NCBI GenBank assembly: GCA_963666835.2
Contig: CAXXGO010000006.1
Span: forward strand, 2,304,001-2,368,000
Source: Phycisphaerae bacterium
GTDB lineage: Bacteria; Planctomycetota; Phycisphaerae; UBA1845
Direction of reading: 5' to 3'
DNA: 64,000 nt
The position numbers and the translations under genes were made by a program. Below the pieces are notes generated by a model. It was not told the DNA's origin, did no database searches, and saw only the letters and a program-made list of their open reading frames with translations. Of this stretch, positions 60,369 to 64,000 are shown piece after piece (the first letter of the stretch is position 1; every line of letters begins with the position of its first letter).

Positions 60369-62213
60369 CTATCCGATTCCCACATGCTCCGTCGGGAAGT
60401 CGTAGCAGGATGTTCGCGTAGACCCGGCCAACGCAATCAACACGGTCAACGGTCCGAGTCGCCCGGCGAACATTGCTATCATGATGACGAGTCTACCGGT
60501 GACCGTCAAATCGGGCGTTAAGCCTGTGGACAAGCCTACCGTGCCACACGCTGACACCGACTCGAACCATGCCTCGCGCAAGGAAGTCGATTCCGTGTAA
60601 CAAAGCACTACGGTGGAGAGCGCAACGGTCGCAAACATCAACACCGTTACGACGGCCGCCCGCCTGACGACAATGTCGGGAATCGTCCGCCCGAAAGCCT
60701 CGACATTGCGCCGCCCGCGAAGGGTCGACCAGACGCCGAGCAGCAGAACAGCTAAGCCTACGGTCTTGATTCCGCCGGCGGTCGAGGCCGGAGACCCGCC
60801 GATGAACATCAAGATCCCGCTGAGGAAATGGGTACCCGGCGAAAGGGACTCACTGTCCATCAGCACGGTATTGAACCCGGCCGTTCGACACGTAACGGAG
60901 AGGAACAGAGCGTCCAGAAACCTGCCCGGAGCCGATGCCGACGGACCCGCCGGTTCCAGGAGGAGGAACCCCAGAGTGGGCAGGACGATCAGCCACGCCG
61001 TGGTGACCAGCACAAGCTTCGTGTGCAGGGTGAATCGGTAGGGCGTCAACGCTGTGGAAGTGAGGGCAATCCCGCGGCGCTGAGCCAGTCGGCGGCGGAT
61101 TCCGGCTAGAATAGCGCGCTGCAGATCGCTGAGAACCGGGAACCCCAGCCCGCCCACGATAATCAACGGCATGATTGAACCATACACTTGCCATGAGCGG
61201 TTAAATGTCACCATGCTGTCGGAAGGGAGGGCGAACCCCGCGTTGCAGAAAGCGCTGACCGCGTGAAACACGCTCTGATACACACGCTGTCCGGGGGGAA
61301 GAGACCCATCCCACATTGAATACAAGACCAACGCACCGATTGCCTCCGCTGCGAAAGTGAACACCACGATGAAAACGATCAGCGTTCGCATCTGACCGAG
61401 GGTGCGATGGCTGAGGGCATCTTGCAGGACTAACGACTGCCGCAAAGACAACTGCCGGCCGACCAGCAGCCCCAGAACACTGCCGAAGATCATTATGCCC
61501 AGCCCCCCGGCTTGGATCAGAACCAGAATCACGATCTGTCCGAACAGGGTGTAGTCGTTTCCGGTGTCGTACACGACCAGGCCGGTAACGCATGTCGCAC
61601 TAGTGGCAGTGAAGAAGCTGTTCAGGATGTGCTGCGGGACCGAGGCGGCGTGGGCCCGCGCGCGCGGATGGGTCGCCTTCGGCAACGATAGGGCGAGCCC
61701 GCCCAGGACGATCAGGATGATGAACGTGATTGCTAAAGAACGTGCCGGGTGCAGCCGGCTGCGCGACAACATCAGGTTGAGTCGCGCGGCCGCTATCAAC
61801 AGTCGACTCACCAGGAGAATCTGCATTGCGGCCACGTACGATGCGGAGACCTTCAACGCCGGAGTCGCGACCCGGTCCGACCCGACGGCCAGGAGGAACA
61901 CTACGCCGAGCAGCAACAAGCCGTCCGCCCAACAGGCCCGCAACGCCCGCCACCGCTTGCCGGATGTGATGATCGTGTAACCTCGGGAGACCGCGTAGAC
62001 GACAATTGCAGAGGTCTGCACTGCTACCAACACACCAATCGGCAACGGTGGCTCGTCGTACCCGAATTCCAGAGCCAGGGAGATTACGGCCATTAGCGCG
62101 AACACCACGACTGCTACCGTCAGGCTCTTGTGACGTCGTACGCGCGCCCGGGCCGCGGCCGAGTTATCTCGCCGACCGGGAAGGGGGGGCAACTTGGTTG
62201 AGGTCCGATCCAT
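60369..62213 (-). CDS. ktrB: Ktr/Trk K+ uptake membrane subunit with N-terminal TM extension
   Basis: Four P-loops SATCVTGL, SAFCNAGF, RTAGF, GTVGLS; MFIGGSPASTAGGIK. Confidence 0.88.
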   Translation of the reverse strand: MDRTSTKLPPLPGRRDNSAAARARVRRHKSLTVAVVVFALMAVISLALEFGYDEPPLPIGVLVAVQTSAIVVYAVSRGYTIITSGKRWRALRACWADGLLLLGVVFLLAVGSDRVATPALKVSASYVAAMQILLVSRLLIAAARLNLMLSRSRLHPARSLAITFIILIVLGGLALSLPKATHPRARAHAASVPQHILNSFFTATSATCVTGLVVYDTGNDYTLFGQIVILVLIQAGGLGIMIFGSVLGLLVGRQLSLRQSLVLQDALSHRTLGQMRTLIVFIVVFTFAAEAIGALVLYSMWDGSLPPGQRVYQSVFHAVSAFCNAGFALPSDSMVTFNRSWQVYGSIMPLIIVGGLGFPVLSDLQRAILAGIRRRLAQRRGIALTSTALTPYRFTLHTKLVLVTTAWLIVLPTLGFLLLEPAGPSASAPGRFLDALFLSVTCRTAGFNTVLMDSESLSPGTHFLSGILMFIGGSPASTAGGIKTVGLAVLLLGVWSTLRGRRNVEAFGRTIPDIVVRRAAVVTVLMFATVALSTVVLCYTESTSLREAWFESVSACGTVGLSTGLTPDLTVTGRLVIMIAMFAGRLGPLTVLIALAGSTRTSCYDFPTEHVGIG

Positions 62214-62332
62214 CGCTGTTTGGGTGCCGCCGAAAGCGACCCCCTTCACAGAGGACGCTCGTATCGAGCGGCTGCCCGTTTATGCTCCCAACGTCATCGG
62301 CGGCCCCCCGGTCCCTTTTCCTCAGCAGCCTG

Positions 62333-64000
62333 CTAGGCGACATTCCACAGGCGCAGGCTATCAGCGTAGTCCCGCAGCACCGCTCTCCGCAAGGCCGTGT
62401 GCTCGGCTCGCTCCAGCCTGGGGTCCTGCCTCAGCAGGTCCGCTGCGTCATCTCGGGCTTGTTCCAGCAAATCTAGATCCTCGACCAGATCCGCAACCTT
62501 GAATTCGGGAAGCCCGTGCTGTCTCGTTCCCATCAGCTCACCCGGTCCGCGCAACCGGAGATCCTCTTCGGCAATACGGAAGCCATCCGTAGTGCCGCAC
62601 AAGATGCGCAGCCGTGCCAGAGCGGTCTCGCTCAACGATTCGGCAAGAAGCAGGCAGAACGACGGCTTGGATCCCCGCCCGATACGCCCGCGAAGCTGGT
62701 GCAATTGGCTCAGACCATACCGCTCGGCGTGCTGCACCAGCATGACCGTCGCGTTGGGTACGTCGACTCCAACCTCGATCACCGTTGTAGACACGAGTGC
62801 CTGTGTTTCTCCATTCCGGAATCGCTCCATGACCGCATTCTTGTCGGCGGCTCTCATCCGGCCGTGCAGAAGTCCGACGCGATAGCCGGCCAGCTCCGTC
62901 TGTGAGAGCCGCTCCGTCTCAGCTCGCGCGGCCTTCAAGGGGAGTGTCTCGGATTCCTCGACCAGCGGGCAAACGATGAACGCCTGCTCCCCGGCGTCTA
63001 GCCGCGTTCGGATTGACGTCCACGCGCTGCTTTCATTGTCGGCGGTGACCAACTCGGTTGTCACAGGCTGTCGGTCGGGCAGCGTCCCCGAGATCGTCGA
63101 GACGTCGAGATCGCCGAACACGGTCATTGCCAGCGTCCGGGGGATCGGGGTCGCCGTCAAAACGAGCACATGCGGTGCTGCTCCCTTGCGACGTAGCGAA
63201 GCCCGTTGGGCGACGCCGAATTTGTGCTGCTCGTCGATTATCGCCAGGCCGAGATCACGAAACCTGATATTCGGCTCGAGCAGGGCATGCGTTCCGATCA
63301 GCAGATCCACCTCGCCTACGTGCAAGGCGCCCAGCAGCCTGTCGCGTTGCCCCTGCGGCGTCGATCCCGCAAGGAACCCTCGTCGCACCCGGCTGCCTGC
63401 AAGATAACGCTCAGTCTTGTCCCGGTGTTGGGCTGCCAGAACCTCGGTAGGGGCGATTATCGCAACCTGCCGGCGGTTGGCGATCGCCGTCAAGGCGGCG
63501 TATACGGCTACGGCCGTCTTCCCGGCTCCGACGTCTGCCTGCAGCAGTCGGTTCATCGGCGCCGTCCGGGCAAGGTCTGCCGAGATTTCCGCAACCGCGC
63601 GATCCTGTCCCGGAGTAAGCGAAAACGGGAGCCGCCGGCGGATTCTACGGTCGATTTCCGGAGTCGTAGCGATGGGCTGGGCCGCGTCTGTGCGGCGCGC
63701 CAGCCTCCTGCTGATCTGCACGGCGAGCTGACATAACAGCAGTTCGTCATACGCCAGCCGGCGCCGGGCGACGGGCACATCCTCCAATGCCGTTGGCCGA
63801 TGATACCGCAAGATGGCCGTTCGCCGAGGCGGAAGTCCGCGACGTTTGCGGACGTCCGGCGGAACCCAATCGACGATTTGATCGAGGACATCGTCAAGAA
63901 CGTGATCGATGGCCCGAGCGATCAGCTTCGTGGGCAGTTGGGCTGTCGCCGGATAGACCGCATCATGGCGATCAGCATCGTCGGCGAACGGATCCTCCTC
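62333..64000 (-). CDS. recG: ATP-dependent DNA helicase RecG (5' truncated)
   Basis: Frame is open to the window end; [44 protein letters not shown]. Confidence 0.97.
   Translation of the reverse strand, partial: EEDPFADDADRHDAVYPATAQLPTKLIARAIDHVLDDVLDQIVDWVPPDVRKRRGLPPRRTAILRYHRPTALEDVPVARRRLAYDELLLCQLAVQISRRLARRTDAAQPIATTPEIDRRIRRRLPFSLTPGQDRAVAEISADLARTAPMNRLLQADVGAGKTAVAVYAALTAIANRRQVAIIAPTEVLAAQHRDKTERYLAGSRVRRGFLAGSTPQGQRDRLLGALHVGEVDLLIGTHALLEPNIRFRDLGLAIIDEQHKFGVAQRASLRRKGAAPHVLVLTATPIPRTLAMTVFGDLDVSTISGTLPDRQPVTTELVTADNESSAWTSIRTRLDAGEQAFIVCPLVEESETLPLKAARAETERLSQTELAGYRVGLLHGRMRAADKNAVMERFRNGETQALVSTTVIEVGVDVPNATVMLVQHAERYGLSQLHQLRGRIGRGSKPSFCLLLAESLSETALARLRILCGTTDGFRIAEEDLRLRGPGELMGTRQHGLPEFKVADLVEDLDLLEQARDDAADLLRQDPRLERAEHTALRRAVLRDYADSLRLWNVA

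Overview
GC-rich bacterial chromosome segment, probably Planctomycetota/Phycisphaerae. That assignment is inferred from the CxxCGYDLRG-CPECG membrane proteins, a DUF6677-like gene and the style of the palindromic repeats. Left to right the window holds: the end of a surface-polysaccharide operon; a ~1640-aa Cys-rich beta-helix lipoprotein; Zn-ribbon membrane proteins; a methyltransferase; a histidine ammonia-lyase-type enzyme with a TSG (not ASG) MIO triad; a compact MMPL / DUF1702 / ACP / KS / KS lipid or polyketide cluster; a REP/MITE hot spot; a complete Glu-tRNA-to-heme gene set in two convergent operons; tRNA-Met; and housekeeping genes (asd, adk, truB, ruvCAB, ispH, coaD/coaE, ktrAB, partial recG). 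The best candidate for an undescribed system is the head of the heme operon. A 4-TM leader protein with two intramembrane His residues ends in the ribosome-arrest motif RAPP. Its last codons are complementary to the Shine-Dalgarno region of the next gene, which is an unusual ferrochelatase + glutamyl-tRNA-reductase-like fusion joining the last and first pathway steps. All family calls are from motif recognition by eye; no searches were run. Start codons were adjusted from the ORF track where an RBS or motif argued for it.
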